Assembly (NCBI RefSeq): GCF_009914755.1 | Contig: NC_060942.1 | Length of the DNA: 64,000 bases | Direction: 5' to 3' (one strand) | Source: the human T2T-CHM13v2.0 reference genome, Homo sapiens | Shown here: in pieces, positions 46,651-61,620 of the stretch | How the letters are laid out: each line of letters begins with the position of its first letter | Numbering within the stretch: the stretch's first letter is position 1 | Position numbers and translations under genes: made by a program | Notes under the pieces: generated by a model | Database searches by the model: none | What the model saw: the letters and a program-made list of their open reading frames with translations, nothing else | What the model was told of the DNA's origin: nothing

Positions 46651-47539
46651 GAATACTCATCGTTGGTGATCATTTTCATCAATAAATACTCACGGATCAC
46701 CTACTATGTGTTAGTAACAAACCCCCTTTGGGCCCTGTTTCCTTCGGTAGATGATTTTCTTGGAGAAAATAGAGGACATCAGGTGTGAACCAATGAAATC
46801 CCCTGCTGTGGCCTCTAAGATGATCTATATACAAAGTGTCCTTCCTCTCCTGCCTCACAGAAAAAAAGGCTCATCTCTTGCAGTAGAGAAAGATAAGTTC
46901 CCTCTTTTATTTTAAAGCTGATCTCTCCATCTGGTGCAGATACCATCCTTTTTCCTTCACTCAAACCTTGAACTTGTGTGAGCCCCTTCCCCTTGATGCA
47001 AGAGTTCCCTATTCATCGAGTCCTTCTCTTAGTCTGTAGGCATAATTATGTTTCACCAAAGCAGAATGAAGCAAAACAAAAACCCTTTTCCTCAAATTTA
47101 ACACCGTTTCTAAATATTGCCCTGTTTATTTTCCTTAAATGCCAAAATTCTTGAAAGGGGCATGTTTCCATTCCCTTTGAAAGGGGAATTTCTAGAAGTG
47201 AAATGTGTATATTTCCCATGGTACTTATCAATTTCCATTCTCTTAACCATTTGAAATCTGACTTTTGGCTTCAGTTTCTGCAGAAGCTGCCCTCACCGAT
47301 GTTGTCTGTGACCTTCTCAGAGTTAAAGGCAAAGACCCTTTTAAGTCTTTATCCTGTGTGACTTCTCTTTATTACCCATCTCAGTAAAGGATTGTCTTCC
47401 TCTTAAACTTTTTTCTTGGCTTTCCTATGTCACTGTTCTCTTCTGATTTTTCTTTTCTGATTGTGTCTTCTCGGTATTTTAATGTTTCTTCATTCTCTAC
47501 CTCTTAAATACTTGTATCCAACCATGACACTTCTTTAAG

Positions 47540-48140
47540 ATTTTTTTTGTAGTAAAATATACCAATGAAACATAAACATAACATTTATTATTTTAACCAT
47601 TTTGAATGTACCATTCAGCAGCATTAAGTAAATTCACATTGCTGTGCACCCATCACTACTACCCATATCAAAACTTTTTCATCATCCCAAACAGACTCTG
47701 TACCTGTTAAACAGTAATTTCCCACCTCTCCCTCCCCCAGTCCCTGGTAGCCACCATTCTACTTTCTGTCTCTATGAATTTGACTATTCTAGGTACCTTA
47801 TATAAGGGGAATGATACAATGTTGTCTTTTTTTGTGTATGACTTTTTTGTGTCTGACTTATTTCTCTTAAAACTGACTCTAATCACTGACTTTCAGAGTG
47901 ATCTTGGGCAAGTTACCTGACCTTTCTTTGCTTCTTTTATTCATCCTACAGGCAAGGATAATAACAATACTGTTATTTATCCATTTGCGTTTTTAAGATT
48001 TGTCTATGTTGTAGCATGCATCAGAATCTCATTTCTTTTTAAGGATTTTGAATAAGATTTAACTGTGCGTATATACCACATTTTGTTCATTCATTCATTC
48101 ATGGATGGACATTTGGGGTGTTTCCACATTTTGGCGATTG
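47540..48140 (-). mobile_element. L1MB-type 3' end containing a templated insert
   Basis: ttaaccattttgaatgtacc...ctctatgaatttgactattctaggtacc...gttgtagcatgcatcagaatc. Confidence 0.9.
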
Positions 48141-48559
48141 AAGCTTCTCTTCTTTAGTTTTAGGGTGTCTAAGGAAGGTCAATGTTGCCTCAGAGGAGCA
48201 CACATATACAAATTTTTTAGGGCCATGTGATGATGTGGGTGGTCACTGGTTTATCATTCTTTGGAGATCCTGCAGCTGGCAAGAAGTGTTAGCATCTGAG
48301 AAACAAAGCTGTAGGACCTAGAGCCAGGGAAGCCTGTCAAGAGATATTCTAATCTGTAGGGAACATGCTTCAAAATGGTGGACAGCAGGAGTGAAAATAG
48401 TTATATTGGTGAGTCTAGAAAAGCTGATTGGAAAATAATTCCTTGAAAGCCAATTCCCTAATGAACATTTCCAGTCTGTTTATTACATGGTCTAGGGCTC
48501 CTTTGGGGGCTGGGTCTTTAGAGTGCTTGATCCAGGCTGGAAACTGATGTTTGCTGCTA

Positions 48560-49520
<961 letters not shown>

Positions 49521-49912
49521 AAGCAGAATGCTTACAAATTCGATTCAATTTTGAAGAAGCAGGCACCCTTGCCATCCCCCTCTCATCTTTTTTAACTTGG
49601 AGGAGTGCAACTTGTGCAAGGTCTACAGTGAAAGCCCTTAGGTCCCTTCACGTTATGTTACACAGCTGAGGGTTCCAGCAAGTCCCTTAGGGCTACTGTC
49701 AGAGACGAGGTTTTAATGCCCTTGCTGTCACTCAGTGCGATCTTCCTTGGGTCCTTGGTGGAAATGGCAAAGAAAACTGCGGTTGAATCCACCACCTTCT
49801 ATTTCCTAACATTCTGGTTTTTGGCATATGAGCCTCATTCATCACATTGGGATGATACTATTACTGTGCAGGAGTTTTGCAGCAATAATGAAAAGGTCAA
49901 AACCTTTAATAA

Positions 49913-50305
<393 letters not shown>

Positions 50306-50984
50306 TTACTCTCTTTCCTTTTTATGTCTCATACTTTCCTTGTCTTTGCTTTTCTATATCTTTCCCTTTCTCTTCTACATTTTTCATATTTTTTTGTTTT
50401 TTTCTTTTTTCCCTCAAGACCTCAGCAATTAGCAATTTTAGCTCCACTCGGTGCCGCTTAGGTTCTGATCCCTGAATTTACGTAAAGTGCCACCAACCCC
50501 CACCATGACCTTAACAATGCTTACATTTCCCCCATTTGTTAAAACTTCTCTTCTGGGCATTAATGACCATTCCTGACCTGGGGAGAGTTCTCCAACTTAC
50601 ACCCTGTCTCTGTTGTTGGACTTCTTAAAGAGCCTTTCTGTGTAATATTGTCAACTGATTAACCTTTAGGCCTGAAAAAAATGGGAATATCAAAGCAATA
50701 ATATTTTCCGCTGTTTTCCAGTGAAGGGTGCATCAATCATAGAAATGTCTTTGACTCCTGTTTGGTTACTGCACCAACAATTGAGTATAACTTTCTGAGT
50801 TAGAGGGAGATAATGGTTTCTTGGGGTAATAAAAATGTCAGAAGGAGGGAGACTTTCATCTAACTCGATAAAAAATGTGAAGGCATTGGGTGGCGGCACA
50901 AGGACATTGAGGAGATGGCAACATCTGGAGAATCTAGAGGCCTCAACAGCCTGGTAATTTATGGCCCTCAGAGAAATGTACTCG

Positions 50985-51128
50985 GCCAGGAGCCTGGAAA
51001 CCTGGATTCCATTCTCATCCTTATCACTGACTTCCAGAGTGACCTTGGGCAAGTTGCCTGACCTTTCTTTCCTTCTTTTATTCATCCTATAGGCAAGGAT
51101 AATAACAATACTGGTATTTATCCATTTG
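50985..51128 (+). mobile_element. MIR fragment (donor of the templated insert)
   Basis: gtgaccttgggcaagttgcctgacc core. Confidence 0.8.
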
Positions 51129-51736
51129 TTACCCAAAGAGAATTTTTATTTCTCTCTCTGTCTTTTTGGGTAGATAAATGAGGCACCCTTTTTGGAGCTG
51201 TTGCACAAATTCAGGGTTTTATTTTTATCACATATATATTTTGTTTACAGGGAGCTTTAATTTATTTCATTAGAAATTTATTTAGATCTGAGATGCAAGG
51301 AAGTTTAGTGTAAAGGCCATGCCAATTTTAAAGAGAAATAAGGTGCAGCTCAGAGCAATTGATATTTGCAGGATCAAAACTTTAAAATCCTATGAATTAC
51401 ACTAGTTTTCTCCTATTTAATCACAGACTCACAGGACAAAAGGGAAACTTTGCAAATAAAATTAGAGAACCTTGAAAACATAACTATCGTAGTTAATTAC
51501 TAGCAAGTGAGACATATTTATCATGGAATAGTGGTGAAGTGTCTATAGTTCACTTGGATGTCACACAGCAAAGAGAGGTGGGGACAACATTAGGGCTCAA
51601 CTCAGTCCCCTCCTTCTCCATGCAAACTTGCCAAGTCACAATGACATTACTTACCTCAGTACTCTATTTACAATTATAGTAATTTTTTGAAGTTATTTTC
51701 TTTCATTTAAGAGGAGTGATTTCTATGGTTGCACAC

Positions 51737-51960
51737 TCATTCATTCATTCATTCATTTATTTCATTCCACAAATATTAAGTGCCTATGAGTTATCAGTCA
51801 ATATGATGGCTTGGGAGATACAGTGATGGGTACATCTATGAGGCTTCTGCTTTCATGGACTTTGGGATTTGGATGGGAGACAAAGGTCAAAATATTGCCA
51901 TGCAAATGTCTGATTGCAATGGTACGAAGTACTAAGAAGAGAAAGCATCAGGAGCTGTGC
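51737..51960 (-). mobile_element. L2 3' end
   Basis: (CATT)n terminus, aaatattaagtgcct...gggagatacagtg. Confidence 0.75.
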
Positions 51961-52129
51961 TAATAAAAGTGGTGAGTATCCTGTAAATGATTTCACCAGA
52001 TGTCCTTACAGCTCCCAACTCATTTCTTTCATCTTCCTTGACCCTATTCCATCTGCCCCACCAACATCCCTCACTTGCAGTGGTGTGTATTTTTTTTAAT
52101 TTTTTTAAAATTAAAAAATTTTTGTTTTG

Positions 52130-52472
52130 CTTTTTTTTATTTTTAATTGCAGTAAAATATACATAAAATCTACCATCATAATCACTTTTTACAGTTCAGT
52201 AGTGTTAAGTATAGTCACATTGTTGAAACCGATCTCCAGAACTTTTTCATTTTGCAAAACTGAAACTCTGTATTCATTAAACAACTCTCCATTTCCTCCT
52301 TTCCTCATTCACTGACACCCATCATTCTTTCTGTCTCTATGAACTTGACCACTTTAGGTATCTCTCATAAGTGGAATTGTACAATATTTGTCTTTTTGTG
52401 ACTGGCTTATTTCACTTAGCATAATGTCTTCAAAGTTCATCCATGTTGTAGCATGTGTCAGAATTTTCTTTC
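52130..52472 (-). mobile_element. L1MB-type 3' end
   Basis: gtaaaatatacataaaat...ttcacttagcataatgtcttcaaagttcatccatgttgtagc. Confidence 0.9.
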
Positions 52473-52482
52473 TCTCTCTCTC

Positions 52483-53274
52483 TTTTTTTGCAGGTTTGTT
52501 ACATAGGTATACATGTGCCATGGTGGTTTGCTGCACCCATCAACCCATCATCTACATCAGGTATCTCTCCTAATGCTGTCCCTCCCCTTGCCCCCCACCC
52601 CCAGACAGGCCCTGGTGTATGATGTTCCCCTCCCTGTGTCCATGTGTTCTCATTGTTCAACTCCCACTTATAAGTGAGAACATGCAGTGTTTGGTTTTCT
52701 GTTTCTGTGTTAGTTTGCTGAGAATAATGGTTTCCAGTTTCATCCATGTCCCTGCAAAGGACATGAACTCATCCTTTTTTATGGCTGCATAGTATTCCAT
52801 GGTGTATATGTGCTACATTTTCTTAATCCAGTCTATCATTGATGGGCATTTGGGATGGTTCCAAGTCTTTGCTACTGTACATAGTGCTGCAATAAACATA
52901 AGTGTGCATGTGTCTTTATAGTAGAATGATTTATAATCATTTGGGTATATACCCAGTAACGGGATTGCTAGGTCAAATGGTATTTCTAGTTCTAGATCCT
53001 TGACAAATCGCCACACTGTCTTCCACAATGGTTGAACTAATTTACACTCCCACCAACAGTGTAAAAGCATTCCTATTTCTTCACATCCTCTCTAGTATCT
53101 GTTGTTTACTGACTTTTTAATAATCATCATTCTAACTGGTGTGAGATGGTAGCTCATTGTGGTTTTGATTTGCATTTCTCTAATGACCAGTGATGATGAG
53201 CTTTTTTCCATATGTTTGTTGGCTACATAAATGTCTTCTTCCGGGAAGTGTCTGTTCCTATACTTCACCCACTT
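52483..53274 (-). mobile_element. L1PA (PA7/8-like) 3' fragment
   Basis: gtgccatggtggtttgctgcacccatcaacc...ctcattgttcaactcccactta; ORF2 C-terminus [17 protein letters not shown]. Confidence 0.93.
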
Positions 53275-56200
53275 CACAACAAATGTGTAAAAAGAGCAAA
53301 GAAAAGTCATTATATAATGATAAAGGGGTTGATCCAGCAACAGGATATCACAATTGTAAATATATATGCACCCAACTCTGGAGCACCCAAATATATAAAA
53401 CAAATACTATTAGAGCTAAAGAGAGACATAGATCTCTATACAGTAATAATTGGAGACTTTGAGACCCCACTTTCAGCATTAGACAGATCTCACAGGCATA
53501 AATCAACAAACGAACATTGGACTTAACCTGTACTGTAGACCAAATTGACCTAATACAAGTTTTCAGATCATTTCATCCGAAGGCTACAGAATGTACATTT
53601 TTCTCTTCGGCACATGATGGTTCTTAAGGATAGACCATATGTTAAGTCACAAAACGAGTGTTAAAACATTCAAAAAATTGAAATAATATCAAACATCTTC
53701 TCTGACCACAATGGAATAAACTAGAAATCAATAACAAGAGGAATTTTGGAAACTATACAAACACATGGAAATTAAACAATATGCTCCTGAATGACCACTG
53801 GGTCAATCAAGAAATTAAGAAGGAAACTAAAAATTTTCTGGAAACAAATGATAATGGAAACACAATATACCAAAACCTATGTGATACAGCAAAAGCAGTA
53901 CTAAGAGGGAAATTCATAGCGATATGCTTCTACATCAAAAAAGTAGAAAAATTTCAAATAACCTAACGGTTCATCTTAAAGAACTAGAAATGCAAGAGCA
54001 AGCCAAACCTAAAATTAGCAGAAGAAAAGAAATAATAAAGACCAGAGCAGAAATAAATGAATTTGAAATGAAGAAAACAATACAAAAGTTCAATGAAACA
54101 AAAAGTTGGTTTTTTGAAAAGATAAAATTGAAAAACCTTTTGCCAGGCTAATGAAGAAAAAAAGAAAAAAGCCCCAAATGAATAGAATCAGAGATTTATT
54201 TTAAAGGAGACATTAAAGCTGATACCACAGAAACTAAAAGGAACATTAGTGACTACTATGAGCAACTATATCGCAATAACTTGGAAAATCTAGAGGAAAT
54301 GGATAAATTCCTAGACACATACAACCTACCAAGATTGAATCATGAAGAAATCCAAAACCTGAACAGACTAATAACAACTAATGAGGTCAAAGCCACAATA
54401 AGAAGTCCCCCGGAAAAGAAAAGCCTGGGACATAATGGCTTCACTGCTGAATTCTACCAAACATTTAAAGAAGAACTAATACCAATCCTTCTCAAATCAA
54501 ATTGTTCCAAAAAATAGAGGAGGAGGGAATACTTCCAAACTAATTCTACAAGGCCAGTTTTACCCAGGTACCAAAACCTGACAAAGACATGTCAATAAAA
54601 GAAAACTAAAGGCCAATATCTCTGCTAAATATTGATGCAAAAATCCTCAATGAAATACTAGCAAAGGGAATTCAACAATACATTAAAAAGATCATTCATC
54701 ATGAGCAAGTAGGATTTATCCCAGGGATACAAAGATGGTTCAACGTATGCAAATCAATCAGTGTGATACATTATATCACAGAATGAAGGACGAAACCATG
54801 TGATCACTTCAATTGATGCTGAAAAAGCATTTGATAACATTTAACATCCTTTCATGATAAAAACCCTCAAAAAACTGGAAATAGAAGGAACATACCTCAA
54901 CATTATAAAAACCATATAGGACAGAACCACAGCTAGCATTATACTGAATGGGGAAAAACTGAAAGCCTTTTCTGTAAGATCTGGAACATGACAAAGATGC
55001 CCACCTTCACCACTGTGATTCCACATAGTACTGGAATTCCTAGCTAGAGCAATAAGACAACAGAAAGAAATAAAGGGCATCCTCACTGGAAAGGAAGAAG
55101 TAAAATTATTTTTCTTGTCGATGATCTTCTATTTGGACGAACCTAAAGATTGCACCAAAAAACTATTAGAACTGATAAACAAATTTACTCAAGTTGCAGG
55201 GTATAAGATCAACATAAAAAATCAGTAGCATTTCTAAATGCTAACAGTGAACAATCTGAAAAAGAAACTAAAAATTAATCCCATTTACAATAGCCACAAA
55301 TAAAATTAAATACCTAGGAATAAACTTAACTAAAAAAGTGAAAGATCTCTACAATGAAAATTGTAAAACTCTGATGGAAGAAATTGAAAAGGACACAGAA
55401 AAAGATAGATATTCCATGTTCATGGATTTGAAGAATAAATATTCTTATAATGTCCATATTACTTAAAGCAATCTACAGATTCAATGCAATCTCTATCAAA
55501 ATACTAACCACATTCTTCACAGAAATAGAAAAAAAATCCTAAAATGTATATGGAACAAAGTAAGTCTTAAAACATTCAAAAAATTGAAATAATATCAAGC
55601 ATCTTCTCTGACCACAATGGGATAAAACTAGAAATCACTAACAAGAGGAATTTTGGAAACTATATAAACACATGGAAATTAAACAATATGCTTCTGAATG
55701 GAGCTATCCTGAGCAAAAAGCCAAAGCTATCCTGTGCAAAAAGAATAAAACTGGAGGGATCACGTTACATGACTTCAAATTAAACTACAGAGCAATAGTA
55801 ACTAAAACAACATAGTTACTGGCATAAAAACAGACAAAGAGACCAATGGAACAGAATAGAGAACCTAGAAACAGATCCATACATCTACAGTTAACTCATT
55901 TGTAACAAAGGTGCCAAGAACATACATTGGGAAAAAGACAGTCTCTTCAATAAATGATACTGAGAAAACAAGATATCCATGTGTAGAAGAATAAAACTTG
56001 ACCCCTATCTCTCACCATATAAAAAATCCAAATCAAAATAAATTAAAGACTTAAATCGAAGACCTCAAAAGTATGAAATACTACAAGAAAACTTTGGAAA
56101 AACTCTCTAGGACATTGATCTGAGCAAAAATTTCTTGAGTAATACTGTACAAGCACAGGCAACCAAAGCAAAAATGGACAAGTGGGACCACATCAAGTTA

Positions 56201-57658
56201 AAAACTTTCAGAGAGTGAAGGAAACAATCAACAAAGTGAAGAGACAACCCACAGAGTAGGAGAAAATATTTGCAAACTACCGATCTGATGAGAGATTAAA
56301 AATTAGAATGTATAAGGAGCTCAAACAATCCTATAGGAAAAAAATCTAATAATCTGATCAAAAAATGGGTAAAAGATTTGAATAGACATTTCTCAAAAGA
56401 AGACATACAAATGGCAAACAGGCATATGAAAAGGTGCTCAATATCATTGAGTGTTAGAGAAATGCAAATCAAAACTACAATGAGATATCATCTCACCCCA
56501 GTTAAAATGGTTTATATCCAAAAGACAGGCAATATCAAATGCCAGCGAGGATGTGGAGAAAAGGGAAACCTTGTACGCTGTTGGTGGGAATGTAAACTAG
56601 TACAACCACTGTGGAGAATAGTTTGAAGGTTTCTCAAATAACTAAAAATAGAGCTACCATATGATCTAGCAATCCCACTCCCAGGTATATACCCAAAAGA
56701 AAGGAAATCAGTATATCAAAGAGATAGCTGCACTCCCATGTTTGTTGCAGCACTGTTCATAATAGCCAAGATTTGGAAGTAACCTAAATGTCCATCAACA
56801 GATTAATCAATAAAGAAAGTGAGGTACTTATACCCAATGGAGTACTATTGAGCCATAAAAAAGCATGAGATCTTGTAATTTGCAATAACATGGATAAAGC
56901 TGGAATTCATTATGTCAAGTAAACTAAGCCAGACACAGAAAGACAAACATCTCATGTTATCACTTATTTGTGGGAGTTAAAAATCAAAGCAATTGAATTT
57001 AGGGACATAGGGAGTAGAAGGATAGTTACCAGAGGCTGGGAAGGGTAGTAGTGGGTGGAGGGAAGATGGGGATGGCTAATGGGGGGGAAAAGACAGGAAG
57101 AATGAATAATACCTAGTATTTGATAGCAAAACAGGGTGACCATAGTCATGATAACGTAATTGTACACTTAAAAAGAACTAAGGCCGGGCTCGGTGGCTCA
57201 CGCTTATAATCCCAGCACTTTGGGAGGCCATGGCAGGTGGACGACGAGGTCAGGAGATCGAGACCATCCTGGCCAACGTGGTGAAACCCCGTCTCTACTA
57301 AAAATACAAAAATTAGCTGGGCGTGGTGGCGTGTGCCTGTAACCCTAGCTACTCAGGAGGCGGAGGCAGGAAAATTGCTTGAACTCGGGAGGAGGAGGTT
57401 GCGGTGAGCCAGGATGGCGCCACTGCACTCCAGCCTAGCAACAGAGTGAGACTCCATCTAAAAAAAAAAAAAAAGAACTAAAAGAGTATAATTGGATTGT
57501 TTGTAACAAAAAGGATAAATACTTGAAGGGATGGATACCCCCTTTACCCTGATGTCGTTATTATGCATAGCATGCCTGTATCAAAACATATCATGTACCC
57601 CATAAATGTATACACCTACTATGTACTCACAAAAATTAAAAATAAACTAAAAAAATAA
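53275..57658 (+). mobile_element. L1MA2-like, ~4.4 kb, disrupted ORF2 (EN to C-terminus) plus 3' UTR
   Basis: Fragmented ORF2 peptides [74 protein letters not shown]; many stops and frameshifts. Confidence 0.95.
57182..57474 (+). mobile_element. AluSc-like inside the L1 3' UTR
   Basis: Dimeric Alu; TSD aaaaagaactaa. Confidence 0.96.
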
Positions 57659-58464
57659 ATTCATTGAAGCATAGATCTTTAATTATGGTAGATAAATGAA
57701 CATAAGATCATCAGTGACAACTTGAATATCAAGGGAAATAAAGCTCATTGTTTAAAACAGAATGTAGAAACCATAAATGACAAAAAAGAATCAGTGCCAT
57801 CAATCTCAAAAGACCTTGGAATGCCCATGATTCCCTCCACCCTCCAGTTTCCACGAGCTTCCTTTGCATTCCAACCTGCCTTTAATTAGTTCTTCTTTTC
57901 CTGAAACTTCAGAATTCAAGGTAATGAGAAAAGCTATTTCTTATTCAACTGTTTTTCTGTGCTGTTTCATTACTAGTTCCGAAACATGCTGTTTTCTACT
58001 ATTTTTCATTAGAAAGGCACAGAATTTCAATTATGTTAAGATCCTTTCCAACCCTGGAATTCAATAATTTTATATTGTAGAACAAATAGAACTTTTGATG
58101 GCTAACTTAAGAACTTTACCAGAGTTGATAAATTGTTTTTTTCTCTATAGGGAAATCTTCCTTTAGGGCTGTATTCTAACCAACAGGTATAGAAATAAAT
58201 ATTTAGAATATAATTCTTTTGCAAGTAGGACCATCCAGATTATAAACTCTTTTTTGGTAATGGACTGTTTTACATACAATCGTCTCTTCCAAAATGCCTA
58301 CTACAGTTTCTTACACAGAAGAGGTGTTGCATGGATATTAAACTATTGAAGAGGGAGATTCCTCATTCTCTATGGGCTATTCAGTGAAGTGGCTCACAAC
58401 TTCTTTTGTCTTCCATAGTGCAGCTGAAATCAATTTCTACTTGCTTTGTTCTTTCTTAAGCTAG

Positions 58465-58795
<331 letters not shown>

Positions 58796-58804
58796 AAATG
58801 TAAT

Positions 58805-59135
58805 TTTTTTTAAGTGTGAAATGCCAATCATACAGAAAGGTCCAGAGAGTAATATACCATGTACCCACCTTTTGGACTTAACAAATAACATTTTATATTA
58901 GCTTTAGATAGCTTTTTCCTTAAGAAAAAAAAAAAAGGTACATTTACAACTTCTCTACACTGACTCCAATCCTTGTCCCTTCTCCCTCTTTCCCTCACCA
59001 GAGATAACCAGCGCCCTGAAGTTTGTTTGTTTTATTCCTGTCCATAATTTTATATTTTACTATATATGTATGTATCCATAAACAACAGTTGTAGTTTTAT
59101 GGATTAAAAGATATATTAATACTAAAATACTATAT
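58805..59135 (-). mobile_element. Old L1M (ME-like) 3' fragment
   Basis: ccatgtacccacc...ccagagataacca...ctgaagtttg. Confidence 0.6.
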
Positions 59136-59136
59136 C

Positions 59137-59529
59137 TGTTATGGACTAAATTGTATCCCCTCCTCCAGAATTCACATGTTGAAGCTCTAATCCTCAATTT
59201 GACTATATTTGGAGATAGGGCCTTTAAAAGGGGGTTTTTAAGGTAAAATGAGGTCATAGGGTGAGCCCTGATCCAATACTATTGATGTCCTTATGAGAAG
59301 AGAAGATGAGGGCACCCAGAGTGACACCATGGAAGCATGCACATAGAGAAAAAGCCATGCGAGGAGGTGGCCATCTGCAAGCCAAGGAGAGAGGCCTCAG
59401 GAGAACTCAAGCCTGTTGACATCTTAATCTTGGATACCCAACCTCTAGAACTGTGAGAAAATAAATTTCTGTCATTCAAGCCACTGGGCCTGTGGAGTTT
59501 TGCTATGGCGGCCCTAGCAAACTAATATA
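59137..59529 (+). mobile_element. MLT1A0/B-like LTR
   Basis: tgttatggactaaattgt...tggccatctgcaagccaaggagagaggcctcagga...gccctagcaaactaata. Confidence 0.9.
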
Positions 59530-59624
59530 CCAGTTAAATTCAAATTTCAGATAAGGAACAACTTATTTGTTGTTTATCTGAAATGTAAATTTAATTGGTA
59601 TCCTATATTTTGTCTGGCAACCCC
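59530..59624. mobile_element. MER53 MITE, internally deleted
   Basis: ccagttaaattcaaatttcagataa...ttatctgaaatgtaaatttaattgg...tctggcaaccc. Confidence 0.85.
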
Positions 59625-60044
59625 AGCACTACTGAGTATTAATACCCTGCACTTCCAGACAGTACCCGTGGGAACATTGACTGGGTCTTAGCATAGCACT
59701 TTGCACGTAAGAGAACTGCAGATCTGAAAGTTGGAAGGGATCTTAAAGGTCATCTAGAAGAATAGTTCTCGATGTCTTTCCACTTTCATGTTCTTGAGGC
59801 TTACAACACACTTCCACTCACAATAATGGCTAATAATGATAATTAATGGTTTCTCAACTGGACATATGTAAGTATGAAATGAGAATCTGGTGGTGGCGGT
59901 GGCAGCAGTGGTGTGTGTGTGAGAGAGAGACAGAGAGGGAGACAGAGAGACAGAAGGAGATAAGGGCAGAGGCACATATATTTTGAAGATTTCTCCAGAT
60001 AATTCTGATAGCTCTTCCCATGGTGTGTATAGCAATCCCTGATC

Positions 60045-60875
60045 ATTTTGAGGCTCATGAAAGACTACCCTAAGGAAGTGCTGTTTGAGCTAAAATTTGG
60101 GCCTTGATTAAAAATTAACTACATGAAGAGAAATAGGGTTGAGGACATCATTTCAGGCAAGGAGAACAACTTTTCCAAAGGCCCTTAAGTGGGAGGAAGC
60201 ACATTGTGTTTGCGAAAACTGAAAGACGATGAGAGGAGAGGGATGGGGTATGTGGCTTCACAGACTGGTGAAGTCTTTATTCTGTAAGGCTTAGTACACG
60301 ATGTTAAGAATTTTGGACTTTATCCTAACCACAGTGGGATGACCTGAATTGGAGGAGAGACATGAATTGGTTCTTCTTTTTATAAGAATGAGATTTGGCT
60401 CTAGTGGAAAGAGCCATATTTGAGGAGATATTATATAAGTAGTGAATGTTCAGCTGGAACATGATGTTGGATTGGATTAAGAAGTGGCCATGGAGATCCA
60501 GAGAGGTAGGTGGACTCAAAAGGTCCTCAGTAGTAAAATCTATGGGACTTAATGTTTTGAAAGTGAAGGAGGGGTATAAATAACGGACACGTCTTAGGTC
60601 TCTGACTTACATGGTTGGATGGTTAGCGGTGCCAGTCATTGAGATAGAGCGCCTCGGAGCAGGATGGCCATAGGATTAGATTAGGTACAATTATTATGAA
60701 GCAGTTTTAAGACATCCAAATTGAGGTGTTAGGCCATTGAATGTCTGAGTACAACCTTTAGAAGAGTGATTTGGGTTGGAGTTGGAGCTTGGTGATCCAA
60801 GCTTCGGGTATGAATGAGGATGCCTAAACACAGAGAGTATGGTAAAGAGAGGCCAGACACCAGGAATTCTGAATA
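60045..60875 (-). mobile_element. L2 fragment
   Basis: ttccaaaggccc...gttaagaattttggactttatcct...gtggactcaa...gacatccaaattgag. Confidence 0.75.
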
Positions 60876-61424
60876 GTGACGAATTAATCTGATAAACTAA
60901 TGTTTGAGTAAATCCTTTGAGAGGAGAGACTGTCCTTCTCTCTCCTAGGTAACATATTTCTTTTCTCTGGAGAATTTTCTTTTCTCTAGAGAAATGCTTT
61001 AACCCCAAGCAGTGATGTTGATGGAAGTCATTTAAGTAGCAGGGTTTGGGGAGGGTGTATTTGAGCAGGCAGGGCCTGATGGTCACTATGGGCTGGAAGC
61101 TGCCTTCTGCATTCTACAACTATAAGATCTATTCTGTCCCTTCACATATAATGTGGCCTAGATAGAGAGTAAGCAGAGAGACACTTAAGACATTTAAATT
61201 CATAAATTTGAGACGAGCTAAGCAAAGCATAGCTCTCTTTGTTCTCATTTTATTTATTTTTTTGAGAAAGATGCAAGCAAGAGAAAAATAAGCAGATATT
61301 GAAGAATGTTTTTGGCAAAGAAACTTTCAGAGGGCCTCCTGGCATCAATGTAGACTGAGCACTATCTCCTATACCTTCTCCATCTTCTGCATCCCCAACT
61401 GTGAGCCCTGAGGATACTCATGAC

Positions 61425-61620
61425 ACTGCCATTTATTGAGGGTCTTGTGTGTCAGGCCTGTGTAACCTTTATGGAACATGTATGATACAGATGTTATTAC
61501 CCCCATGTCACAAAAACAAAAGGAAGGCTCAGAGAGGTTAAGTAGTTTGGGTAAAATCACTTAGCTAGTAAGTGACAGTCTGGGGATTTGAATGTCTGTC
61601 TCCCAAACAGTGCCATCTCC
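61425..61620 (-). mobile_element. MIR
   Basis: ccatttattgag...aggctcagagaggttaagta...gctagtaagtgacag. Confidence 0.85.

Noticed and set aside
53275-57658. Active L1 or intact ORF2
   Set aside because: No 5' UTR or ORF1, and numerous stops and frameshifts; an old L1MA-type fossil.
59530-59599. Hairpin as a miR-1302-family precursor
   Set aside because: The palindrome is intrinsic to MER53, and the central part that yields miR-1302 (gggacatacttat) is deleted in this copy.
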